From Salpingoeca rosetta (taxonomy: Eukaryota; Protista; Choanoflagellata): a stretch of DNA of 64,000 nt. The notes under the pieces are model-generated. The model worked only from the letters and a program-made list of their open reading frames with translations, was not told the origin of the DNA and did no database searches. Positions within the stretch are counted from its first letter, which is position 1, and the number at the start of each line of letters is the position of its first letter. Positions 1 through 16,099 of this stretch are shown here, piece after piece. A program made the translations under genes and the position numbers. The stretch is from contig JAWQFM010000018.1 in assembly GCA_033442325.1 (NCBI GenBank), positions 62,001 through 126,000 of the forward strand, written 5' to 3'.

Positions 1-140
1 TCGGTACGCATTGACGTGTGCGTGCATTGTGGTCCCTGTGGTAACTGTGACATGCTACCGAGCGTGGTGATTCATGATTCGTGATCAGCGTTACTGTCGA
101 AGCTCACCCCCTATGCGCGTGTCTTGTCACGTTTATCCAG

Positions 141-181
141 CTCTGGCTGGCCAACCTCTACGAGCAGCGCACCATCGACAC

Positions 182-230
<49 letters not shown>

Positions 231-1268
231 GTTTGCGTGCGTGTCTGTCTGTGTGTGCATGTGTGTGTCTGTGTCTGTGAGTCTGTGTCTATGTGTGTCT
301 GTCTGTGCGTCTGTGTGTCTTTGTGCGTCTGTGTACGTAATTGTGTGTGTGTGTGTGTGCGCGTGTGATCACCTGTGTATGTGTGCACATGGTTTTGTGC
401 TTGTGTCCGTGTCACTTGGCTTCGTTGCCTCAGTCCACTTCTTCGAACATCATTCCGCCTTCTTCTTGGGGCATGTTCAACTCATCGCGTGTATCGTTGC
501 GACACAGGGGCTGCACCAAGTGGATGGTGCCGGTGATGATGGTGATGACGATGACGACGATGATGATGGCAACGATGGTGGGCAGCCCACACCCGCACAG
601 GAGCAGCCACAGCCACAGCCGCAGCAGCCGGACGCAAGTGGCAGTGAACCCAGAGACACACCAGAGACGCAGACGTCCACCGCAAGCACGGGCGGCCAAC
701 CACCGGCACCAGCGGAGCAGGAGCAACCCTCTCGCAATGATGAGAGCGTCAGCATCGACGACGACGACGACGACGATGACGAGGATGATGATGATGATGA
801 TGACGAGGAAATGGGCGCACGTCCAAACCACATTATCTGCCAGCACGAGCGGGTATACTGTGTGCATGCATGCATGCATGTGTGTGCGCGTGCGTGTGCG
901 ATTGTGTGTGTGTGTGTGTGTGCGTGTGCGATTGTGTGTGTGTGTGTGTGTGTGTGCGCGCGATTATGTGTGTGCGTGTGTGTGTGCGATTATGTGTGTG
1001 TGTGTGTGTGTGTGCGTGCGTGTGTGTCTACGTCTGTGCGCATGTGCCGGCCACACCACACTGTATTCACTTGCATTCCTCTTCCCACCGCCCCCCCCCC
1101 CCCCCACACACACACATTACCGCCTTCACGCCACTCCTCTGCGTCCCTGGCTGCTGCCAGATCAACCACTCGAAGAATGTGTGGAAGGCGGCGTTACGCA
1201 ACTGCGTCGTACACGTGGACGGCCAGGACTTTGTCTTCGGCGCCATGAAGCTCGACTATATCTGGTGA
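141..1268 (+). CDS. GTF2A1: General transcription factor TFIIA large (alpha/beta) subunit, 3' exons; 5' end lies upstream of the window
   Basis: Exons ~141-182, 508-852 and 1161-1268 join in phase at GT-AG sites. Product: LWLANLY...GLHQVDG, an acidic tract, then PNHIICQHER|INHSKNVWKAALRNCVVHVDGQDFVFGAMKLDYIW*. This matches the TFIIA-beta C-terminus (human VVVCQYDKIHRSKNKWKFHLKDGIMNLNGRDYIFSKAIGDAEW). Confidence 0.9.
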
Positions 1269-1429
1269 TCCGCAGTCGCCGCCGCTGCAGTGTTGGGTGT
1301 TGTGATGCCCGTGCTGTAGTGTCTTGTCGTGTATGAATTGTAGTCTGTGTTGTAGTGTGTGTGTGTGTGAGGTGGAGTGTATTTTGTGCGCGTTGTGTAC
1401 GTTGTGGTTGTGCGTGTGCGTGAACATGT

Positions 1430-1480
<51 letters not shown>

Positions 1481-1483
<3 letters not shown>

Positions 1484-2012
1484 TGCCTACGGGTGGGCGC
1501 TTATAGTCTTAGAGCGTTCAAAGGTAACGGGCGTAGCTTATTGTCTCCGGCGGTCCACGGACTGATACGTCCGTATGCACACTGCAACGGTGTGATCAAT
1601 TCCCACATTCATGTCTACAGATATCATGATGTCTACAAATCAGAAATACAGCTGCCGATGTCCAACGCCGATTTTTTGTAGCGGTTTCTGTGAATACCCG
1701 TGCGCACATAACCGTACGCACATCAGCCTTAGCCCGGGGCTGGACGCGAGTCTGGTAACTTCCAGGGACACAGAATGCGGACATTGGTGTGCATCTGTTT
1801 TCTGCTCTCTCCACATAGGGGAAGACCGCCCAGAGTTAGATTCACCTCAGTGGTAGCGAGTCGCCCACCGCACTAGAATAGTGAGTTTCTCACACGCCTG
1901 TCGAATTATGCCCTCAGATTACTCCATGCTAAAGCACAAAGCCACTATTTTTAGACTATATTCTGGTTGTAACCAGAACAAATATAGGACGTCTGTCCGT
2001 AGACAATACCAC

Positions 2013-2014
<2 letters not shown>
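1481..2014. mobile_element. Possible degenerate MITE-like insertion between (GT)n tracts
   Basis: About 530 bp free of microsatellites. Imperfect inverted ends (ctacgg...tatagtct at 1487-1509 vs agactata...ccgtag at 1953-2002). Flanks contain degenerate direct copies (~1360-1440 and ~2070-2150). Confidence 0.25.
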
Positions 2015-2085
<71 letters not shown>

Positions 2086-2409
2086 CAGTGTGCCTTGTGC
2101 ACGTTGTGCACGATGTTTGGGCGTGTGCGTGAACATCTTTATGTGTGTGTGTGTGTGCGTGCCTGCGTCATCTTGATCCTGCAAGAGTCTCCCACCACCA
2201 GCCTGCCGGCCGGGCGTCTCTCAGCTCAGATGCGAGGGAGCTCCATGTTTTATCGTCCAATAAATCATGGCGACGGCACACATTGCAACACGTGCATAAA
2301 CACACGCAACACCACCCACAAGCAGCTCTCGTCCTCCCTCTCCACTGCTTGACATCCCCATCCCCAGCTTCAACCACAACCACCACAACCACCACAACCC
2401 ACACCGTGC

Positions 2410-3765
2410 CTACTGCTGCTGGTGCTGGGCCGTCCGGCGGGTGAGAGAGCGCTCCCTGCGTTTCGTAGCGCTGAGATACACGAGCTCTTCGCCGCCCACA
2501 GTTGCCGTCGCATGCCGCGCCGCTGTGAACAGGTAGTCGCTCAGCCTGAATGAAGAGGGGGGGGGGGTGTAGGGTTGCACGGGTAGCGCAAGGCGGGGCG
2601 AGGATGGAATGTTGAGACGAGGTCGGAGGTGTGTGTGTGTGTGTGCGTGTGTGTGCGTGTGTGTGTGTGTTTGTGTGTTGTGCGTGTGTGGGAGATTGTA
2701 GCATCACGTCCACAAACCACAAGCATCACATACATACATACACATACACATACACGCATGCATGCATGCGAATGAGCACAGCAGCGCATACCTATTGATG
2801 AGTTGCATGGCGGTTTCTGAAATCTCATCGTGTGCATTTGCTTCAACCACGCGCCGCTCCGCCCGCCGGCATGCCTGCAGGCAACACGGTTAGTGTGCGT
2901 GCATATGCGTATGTGAACACAAAGTGCGTGCATGCACACGAACACAAGCCTTGCCTGCACCCTCATTCACATCTTGCATGCGCACACCATCATTCACGTG
3001 CGTGCTCGTGGGCGCGTACCGTCCGTGCGCAGTGGAGGGCAGCGCCCAGCTCTGTGCCGCCGGGGAGGATGAAGTTCTTGAGCGGCGGCAGCGTCTGCGT
3101 CATGGCGTCGATCCACCCCTCAAGATCTTCCGTGTACGACGCAGGCACACTCGTGCGCTCTGCACAGCAGCACCGCAGGTACGTGAGGAGGAAGAAGAAG
3201 AAAAGCAGGAGGAGGAGGAGGAGGAGGAGGAGGAGGAGGAGGAGGAGGAGGAGGAGGAGGAGGAGGAGGAGGAGGAGGAGGAGGAGGAGGAGGAGGAGGA
3301 ACGGGGGCAAGCAAGGGGACGGGAACTGCCAATGCACACAAAAATGAGACGCTGCCATGCGATATGCACACAACACACCGATTCTCGCCTCCGTGGCAGA
3401 CGTGGAAAGGCGTGGCGACGTGTGCTCCAACATCTTGCAGCATACACTGAATCTGGTGTTGTGGGAGCGGGTGAATGTGTGTGTGCGTGTGTGAGTGTGA
3501 GTGTGAGTCAGTGTGTGAGTGTGAGTGTGAGTGTGAGTGTGCGTGTGCGACAGAGAGAGAGTGTGTGTGTGTGCATGCGACAACAGGAAGCGTGATGGTC
3601 AGGCTCCATGAACGGCGACGCGTGGTACCTCGTAGAGCTGACTTCGAAGGTCTTCCAGGTTATCACTATCAATCTTGGCAATAGCCAACCTGAAAGCAAA
3701 GGAAAAAAAAAAACCTCTTGGTGAACGAGGCGTGACAACGGCTCTGAACGTACATGACCGCAACC

Positions 3766-3824
<59 letters not shown>

Positions 3825-4045
3825 ATAAGGCATTCTAACCCGATGAAGCTGGACACCTCGTCGATGCTGCCCAAGGCCTCAAACACGGCGTCACCCTTGC
3901 TGCGCCGTTCTCCAGTAAACAGACTCGATGTTCCTGCACGAAACAAAGTGCAGTTGCAGTGGCACGAGTCAGTGGGCACCACAGCGAACAGCCGCACAAC
4001 ATCACACAAGCAAGCGCGCAACATGGCCAACGACACGAAACAATG

Positions 4046-4088
<43 letters not shown>

Positions 4089-4398
4089 AAACCAATACAT
4101 CAACAAACACACACAGACACACACACACAAGCTGACCTTTGTCTCCTGTGCGCGTGTAGATTTTGAGGGTATCCGTGGAAGAGAACCGCTTGCTTACAGT
4201 GCAAGGCGTCGTTGTTCCACCTCGCTGCCATGCTGCGCAGAGCACAGCAGCAGTGGCGCCACTCAGCTGGCCATGGCGGTGGTGGTGGTGATGGTGGCGG
4301 TGATGGTGGCGGTGATGGTGGTGGTGATGTTGCACACCACCACGACCGACGCTGCGCACACAGCGCTTAGCAGCAGCAACAAGCGTCCGTCCAAACAT
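2410..4398 (-). CDS. MMAB: Cob(I)alamin adenosyltransferase (PduO type), mitochondrial; apparent 1-nt frameshift near 3406-3408
   Basis: Spliced motifs [10 protein letters not shown]|[75 protein letters not shown]|[14 protein letters not shown]|[10 protein letters not shown]. The N-terminus [15 protein letters not shown] resembles a presequence. TAG at 2410-2412. Confidence 0.93.
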
Positions 4399-4460
4399 GC
4401 CGTTCACAACACCACAAAAAGAACAGGGAAATTTATGAACATCATCGGAGATTCTTCCGC

Positions 4461-4468
4461 TTGGCAAC
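4461..4468 (-). promoter_or_regulatory. RFX X-box half-site (GTTGCCAA) in a short divergent promoter
   Basis: TTGGCAAC on the + strand, ~127 bp upstream of the ciliary-type CFAP97D fusion gene. Confidence 0.4.
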
Positions 4469-4594
4469 CCCGCAACACCGCACAGCCGTCCATCATCCAT
4501 TTTCGCGCATCTCGCTGCAGCAGCCATCAATCACCACCCACACCTCTCTCTCGCGCATACCACCCCTTCACCACTATCGCACGGCACACACGCC

Positions 4595-8306
<3,712 letters not shown>

Positions 8307-8913
8307 TGGATGATGTGATGATGATGATGATGCTGCTGCTGATGATGATGATGCATTGGTACCAGTGTTAGCTGATGTTGACTGTGCTGTGCATCTGTTG
8401 TCGTCGTGCGTGCGGACATTGTGTTGTGTATTTTCATGGTGTCCTTCTTACCTCTGTGCAACGCTGTGCTGAGTGGTGTTGGTGTTTGTCGTGCCACTGC
8501 TCCCGTGGTTTGCGCGTGTTCTTGTGTCTCACTTCATTTCCAAGCAAGTCGTTACGGTTGCGTGCAACGCGCATTGTGCTGTGCATCTTGTTTCTTCTCT
8601 TTCCTTGCTTGCCTGCCGTGGCTATCAACGTCACTGTGTGTGCTTTTCTTTCTTCCTTTCTGTGTGTTTTTGTCTCTTGTCGTCATTCATCACCAGCCCA
8701 ACAAGCCAACTCATGTCAAACAAAAACAACCTAAGCCAACGAATGATGTCATGTAATGAAGAAACTCGCGCAAGAGGGTGTGGCATGCAAAGCTATTGTG
8801 TACATTTGAAGAGCATCAGTCAAATGCAGAGGAAGGAAAGACGTTGTGCACAGAGGAAGAAGAGGAACAAGGGAAAAGGTTATGACGACGCAGCTGAGCA
8901 AGCCGGTCATCAA

Positions 8914-8958
8914 CAGTCATGTAACATCATCAGTCATGTAACATCATCAGTCATGTAA

Positions 8959-9030
<72 letters not shown>
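8914..9030 (+). repeat. 17-bp tandem repeat (cagtcatgtaacatcat x3) grading into (CAT)n
   Basis: Read directly; lies between convergent 3' ends. Confidence 0.9.
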
Positions 9031-9080
9031 GCCAAATCACACATTAACACGCGCAATGACGTGCATGCGTACACAAGCCG

Positions 9081-9995
9081 TTATGGTGATGCGTTTTCGG
9101 GAATGGTGGTCATGTGCGGTGAGCTTGCAAGCTTTTTTGCGCTCTGACGTTTGGCCTTTGCTTCCTGTGGTGGCTTCAAGTTGGGACGCGAGTACTGGCT
9201 CGACGTTGATGGATCGACTTTCGGAGGCCGTGGTCGCTTTCCCCCTTGCACATTCTCTGGTCGTGGTGATGTCGCTTCTACTGTGGTGCCAGCTTCTTCT
9301 TCTTCTTCCTCCTCTTCTTCTTCTTCTTGTCCTTCTTCTCGATCTTCCTCTTCCTCCTGCCCGCTCTCCGCGTCGCTCCCTTCATCGTGCTCGTGCTGGT
9401 GTTCCGCTGCACCCTCCCCCTCCTCTTCCTCCTGTTCCCCCTGGTCCTCCTGGTCCTCCTGTTCCCCCTGGTCCTCCTGTTCCTCCTCTTCCTCCTCTTC
9501 CTCCTCTTCTTCTTCTTCCTCTTCTTCCTCCTCCTCTTCACTCTCCTCTTCGTCTTCCTCCTCCTCTTCCTCTCCAAGTGACAGCTGCGTTTTGTCTCGC
9601 TCAAGACTAGGCACTGCGCAGAGCAAGCAAGCGAGTGTGAGCACACGCACTCGATCATCGTCCATTGCCCTGTGTTTCACGCATGTACACACACGCCCAC
9701 TCACACACGCACACATGTACGTGTGTATGTTCGTGACGCACCTTTGATGATGACATCGCCTTGCCCGTTGTCGTCTTCCTCCTCTTCCTCCTCTTCCTCA
9801 TCGTCATCGTCGTCATCGTCATCGTCGTTGTCGCTGTCGCTGTCGCTCCTCTCCGCTCTCTCATCTTCGTTTCGCTGGCGCTTCGGCGACAACTGCCCTC
9901 GCTCAGCGGCCTGCGGGTTCTGCGACACGCCAAGCATCATCGCGCCCTTGAATTTTTCGCGCATAACAGCAGCAGCAGCAGCAGAGGATGGCGTA

Positions 9996-10051
<56 letters not shown>

Positions 10052-11490
10052 TGTGTGTGTGTGAGTGTGTGTGTGTGTGTGGTAAAAGTGTGAGTTGTAT
10101 GTGATTGGACATCGCAACAAGCAGACCAAGGGAAAGGGCAACTTAAAGACGCAAGCGCAGAGTGACAAACAGTCACTGCCAATGATTATGATCACCACTG
10201 CCACCACCAACATCACCATCATCTCCACCTGTTGCCGCTCGAGGTTGCGCGTGTCCTCCTGCAAGTTCTTGAGCCCGCGCCAGACGCTCTCCAGCTCAAC
10301 CTGCAGCACGGACTGCGTGTGGTTGAGGGATTCGCTCACGAGCGCTTCCTGGCTGTCAATTGACCGCTGCATATCCGCAATGCGGTCCTCCGTCTGTGCC
10401 AGCACGTGGTCTGTTGCCCCGAGCTTCTGCCCAACCTCCTGTTTGTGTGAACATGCGTGCATACGTGCGCGCGCACAGGTGTACGTGTGAGTGCGAGTAG
10501 GGGCGCGGGAGCGTGGGGATGACGTCGAGGGGTGTGACACACGCAGGCAGTCATGGACATCAATCACAGCAGACAGCACGACCGCAGTGGCTCCCCAAAA
10601 CACGAATGCACTGTCATGCCAGACCTTGACGTGTTTGTCATGCTCCGTGACGTCAAGCTTGAGTGCAAGGGCACGCTGCAAGATCTCGATTTGCGCCTTT
10701 GTGTATTTGAGCTGAGCATCGAGTTGATCGGACGTTCGCTCGCGCACGCCGTGCAAATCCTCCTCTATCGCAGTCACTGCAATTGAACAGCGAACAAGAA
10801 CGGCCGTGAAATTAAGACGGAGACAAGATGGGTGCATCATGGGAGGGACAGGTGAGATTTCGAGCGCGCCACGGGAGCAGGAGCCAGCGACCAGTGAACC
10901 CGACAACAAAGCTGACACACATACACATCACACACAACACAACACAACACAACACAACACAGCACACACACAATACAACACAACACAACACAACACACAC
11001 GCACACGCACACGCACACGCACGTGCATATACACATATATAGGAGCACATGCTCGCTTGCACGAGTGATGACAGGTGGCGTACGCTTTGGGGCGATGGTG
11101 GCGATGGACGCGGCCGTGCGCTGGTTCGCCTCCACACGTGTTGCCTCACGTGCATGTAAACTCTTCAGCTGCACCTCCACATCATCCACCCGTCTGGCAG
11201 AACGTACACCGTGGGCAAATGGCATACAAACCAACAGCGTGAGTCAAGGATGTGTAGGTACCCACATTGTGCGCGTACGTGTGTGTATGTGTGTGTGTGT
11301 CTACATGCGCGTTTGCGTACCGTTGTAAGCTTGAGTGCGAGCCCGCCGTTGATGTCTCGATTGAAAGCTTCAGCTGCTTCATTTGGTCGTGAACACTCTT
11401 CGACAGCTGCAACAAACACACGATGCGGTGATGTGAATGTGCATGCAAAGCAACGATGGAGACGCTGGACCAGCAAGCGATCTGAATGGC

Positions 11491-11532
<42 letters not shown>

Positions 11533-13203
11533 TAAAAGCTGATGAGCACCTCGTCTGTGACGGCTGACTGCGCACTGTTGGAGTCCTTGATGGCTTTGGT
11601 GAGCTGGTCCGTTGTTGATTTGAGCTTTGTTGTGGCCTGTGTCCGCGCCACAATCTCCGCCTTCAACACCTACAGTGGCCACGGAAACCAAGGGGGGTGA
11701 GTTGACGAAACCAAAGGGGGTGGGGGAATGAATTGTCATGCATATCGACACACACGCACGCACAGCAACAACAACAACAAGCAAGATGCATTCATGTGCA
11801 CGCACAGCACATTCACATTCACATTCATACCCATGCACACGTGCAAACATGCGCGTCCACGCAAACATGCAATCATGCAATCATGCCAACATGCACACGA
11901 TTGATCTGCACCTTTTCCACGGAATCGAGTTTGTTCTTCACGTCGGCATCGGCGATGGACAGCGATGTTTCAAACTTCTTAAACGCGTCCGCCGCCTGCG
12001 ATTTGGCGCGCTGCACCATGTCTGATGCAACAAACAACACATCGTACGCAAGCAGAAACACGTGGAGTGGGTGAGGGTGAGGGCAGCAACGGCCCATGCA
12101 TTGCTTTTGCTCGTTCGGAGTTCGAGCCCATCGACGAAGCAACTGCCCACAATCACAATCACACGCACACACGCACACACGCACAGGCACACACACACAC
12201 ACACACACACGCACACACACAACACACGCAATCACGCACGCACACACAAAACACGCACACAGGCACACAGGCACACAGGCACACAGGCACGCACCTTCGA
12301 GCTCTGAGATGCGATTGCGAACGGCGTCGTCGACAGAGGCGAGCTTGATGGCAATGCCGGCCCGCGTGTCCTGCTCAAAACTCAACCGCTGTTGGCGCTC
12401 TGCATTGAGCTGTTGTGTCAACTGCAGCCGCTGTGTTTGCAGCATCTGTGGGTGCGGTGGTGGTGCAACGTGGCGTTGGTTGAGATGACGATACGTTGTG
12501 AGTTGAAGCGCCACATACATGCAGCAGAGAGTCATTCACTCATCCCATGTTGCTGCATGCACGCACGGAAACACTGAATGCATGTATGCGCGTATGCGCA
12601 TGTGCACACGCGTATGACACGACCTCACCTCCACCAGTTCCTGTCGCGTTGACTCGAGTTTCTTCATCATGCCTTCACGTGAGAGCCCGATGCTGTGCAG
12701 AAAGCAAACGCAGTGGTGATTGTGATCATTGACCGTGGTGTGGTGGTGGTGTGAGCATCGATTTGATGTGCGCACATGCCACGTGCACACACACACACAC
12801 ACACACTTACACAAGCAAACACACACATTCCCACCTTCCCACGCACAAGCACGCCTGTACCACAACGCACTTTGAAGCCATCTGCTTTGACTCTGTGGAG
12901 TGCTGCGTCTTCAACTCCTGCACAGCTGCGATGATGGAGTCGATGCTTTCGTTCGTGGACGCTGACACCTGCTGCAGCGCATCGTCCTGGCGGCGGCGGC
13001 GGCGGTTCATCACAGCAGTGACACCACGATGGTGGGCATGAGGATGTGGTGCCGATGGTGATGATGATATGTGCATGTGTGTGTATGTGTGTGTGAATGT
13101 GTGTGTGTGTGTGAATGTGTGTAAATGTGGCACACCAACAGCAATTCCTGGTTCGCTTGGCCAATCACAAGGACACACACACACACGTATGCACACACCC
13201 CTC

Positions 13204-13290
<87 letters not shown>

Positions 13291-14368
13291 CCTCCCTCGG
13301 TTACCTGTGTTGTGAATCTGGCAACAATGTCTTCTCTCTGATTCTTCAACCGCGACTCCATCTCCACCAGTCGCTGGTCCATGTCCTGTGCATGGTTCTT
13401 CTGCAGCGTCACCTGCGTCTGCAGCTGCTGCACCTCTCCCTGTACGTGTGCAGATGTATCGCTCCACTGCTGCAAATGCCGTTGCAGTGACTCGGCCACC
13501 GTGTCCACATCCCCCGACACCTTCTCCAACCGGTGCAGCCCTGCTGTCTGCCTCGACTGCACGTCCGACAGCTGCGACTGCAGTGACGCCCGCACGCCGT
13601 CAATCAACTGCTCAACGCCCTCGTGGTGTTTGCCCTGGCTCTGCTTCGTGTACTGGAGGTCCTGTGCCACCGCCTGCAGCGTCTGCGCCAATCGCTCCAC
13701 CTTTGCAGACAGGTCGTTGTACCGCAGCATCGTGTCCTGCTGCATCGAGCTCACCTTCGTCTCCACCGTCCTCGAGTGCTGCAGCGCGGCCTGCGTGTGT
13801 GTGTCCTGCAGGGTGTGGCGGTCGCTGCTGGATGCGCTTGCTTGCTCGAGCGCAATCACCGTTGATCGGCACCGGCGCACGTCCTCACGCATGCGCTCCA
13901 GCTCGTGTTGCATCTCCTGCTTCTCGCTCGCGTGCTGCTGCGCCATCGCCCGCATGTCCCCTGAGGCAGTGCAGGTTGTGCGTGTGTGTAGTGTAGTGTG
14001 TAGTGTAAGTGTAGTGTGTTGTGTAGTGAGTGTAGTGTGTGTGTATGTGTGTATGTGTGTGGGTGTGTGCGTGTGTGTGTAAGTGTGGTTCATGCAAAAG
14101 GATGTTGGGATGCGCGGGTTCACGAGCTGCAAAGCAACGCAAGTGGCAATCATACGTGCACACACACACACACACACACATACATACCTCTGAGACGCAC
14201 AGTCTCCTCGAGCAAAGCACGCATGGACTGGTCCGCACGTTGCTGCCACTCCTGGTGACAGGAAGCACAGACAATGCACACACACACACATGAACAGATG
14301 TGAGATGGCCCATGGAGCGAAACACCTCCGTTCAGTTCGCTGTATGCACACGGCAACACACGACACAC

Positions 14369-14458
<90 letters not shown>

Positions 14459-14736
14459 CGCACACGCACAACGCACACGCACACATACACACACGCGCGC
14501 GTACACACGCAGCATGCAAGTACACCTGCTGTTGCGGCAGGAATGCGGGGTCGAAGCCAATGCTCTTGCCAGCAGATACAGATGGCAAGGATGCGGGAGG
14601 CTTTGGCGGTTGGTTGCTGGAGGCATGGTGGACGGAGGACGATGCAGGCTCACGCTGTGACGACGGCAGCGGTTGGTGGGACTGGTGGGAGGTGCCGCCG
14701 TGCAGGGGCGGCAAGGCGGCCGCCACCTGGCCATGC
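9081..14736 (-). CDS. Long coiled-coil protein with acidic E/D-rich C-terminus (weak resemblance to CCDC154/FAM81); first exon not resolved
   Basis: Many GT-AG exons with heptad-like Q/E/L/K-rich sequence (e.g. 13304-13962, 12294-12446, 11550-11670, 10228-10438), then acidic exons ending at TAA 9081-9083. RADQSMRALLEETVRLR recalls CCDC154 RCERATRSLLRELLQVR. Confidence 0.65.
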
Positions 14737-15377
14737 CTGAGTGTGTGCGTGTGTGTGTGTGTTACGTGTTCGTGTGAACAGAGATTGCGGTGCGTATGGT
14801 GTGCGATGATGAGTGTTGAGTGATGGAAGCCGTGGCTCGTTCCTCAAGACTACATACAGTACCACGACCAGCAGGTCAAGCGGCCAACAAGTCGCTGCAC
14901 AAGAAGCACAAGGTGTGTGATGATGGCGGTGATGGTCGTGGTGGTGATGGTTGATGCACAACAGTCACATCCCAACTGCTTCTACGCACCGCAGCATCTG
15001 CGGCTGGTGGTGGTGCTGATCTTGCCACATTCACGCACAGACCACAGGTGACACACAGTCAGAGCGGCGTTGCTGCCTTCCTTCAAGTGGGGAGACACAA
15101 GAACGACAACAAGGGCACGCAGAGAACGATGGAAGCAAGGTCACACAACAACACAAGGCATGCGAGCGAGGGTTGTTGGTTGCCATCCAAGTTATTGCTG
15201 TTTGTTTGTGTTTGTCGCTGTTGTTGTTTGGGGGCGAAATTATTTCATTTCATTCATTCTTCTTTGGCCGAAGCGAAGAGTTGGGAGGTCGAGGTGGTGG
15301 TCTTGGCACGGACATCACACGCACGCATCTCACGCATACACGACGCACACATCTCACGCGCACGCACACCGCGCAAA

Positions 15378-15487
<110 letters not shown>

Positions 15488-15555
15488 AACACACACACTA
15501 CAAACACACACACTACAAACACATGCAAACACATCGCACGCACACCATGCACTTC

Positions 15556-16035
15556 TTAGTACATGCCAAGCGCCGTCTTGAAGGCATCGACGTTGTTCTT
15601 GACGACCCAGCCGCACATGTCTGCAATCATGTTTGCCATCTCAGCGCTCGGGTACAGCTGCAGGTACGTGTTGATGTTGGGGAAGTTCTTGAAGTGCCCG
15701 CTGTCCGGCAGGTTGGTGGGGTTGTCTGCGCCATGCTTCGGCTGCACGGCCTTGCGCAGGTCCGCTGGCAGCCGGCGCTCCCACTCCAGCGTGCGCGACA
15801 GGTACACCCACGTCACATTCGCACGGAAGCCCTGCAGGCGCGTGTGAACAAGGGTTGGGTGGTGGTGATGTGGGCGGAGGTGAGTAGGAGGATGATATGG
15901 GCAGGCGTGGTGAGAGAACACAGAGTGATTCCATGAGTGCATACATGCCAATGTGGACAAACGATCAAACACACACGCACGTTTACGTTCACACAAATGC
16001 ATACACACACATACACACACATACACACACACACG

Positions 16036-16099
<64 letters not shown>

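Noticed and set aside
3188-3300. Poly-E / poly-R / poly-P ORFs
   Set aside because: A (GAG)n tract inside an MMAB intron, forming a pyrimidine tract on the sense strand.
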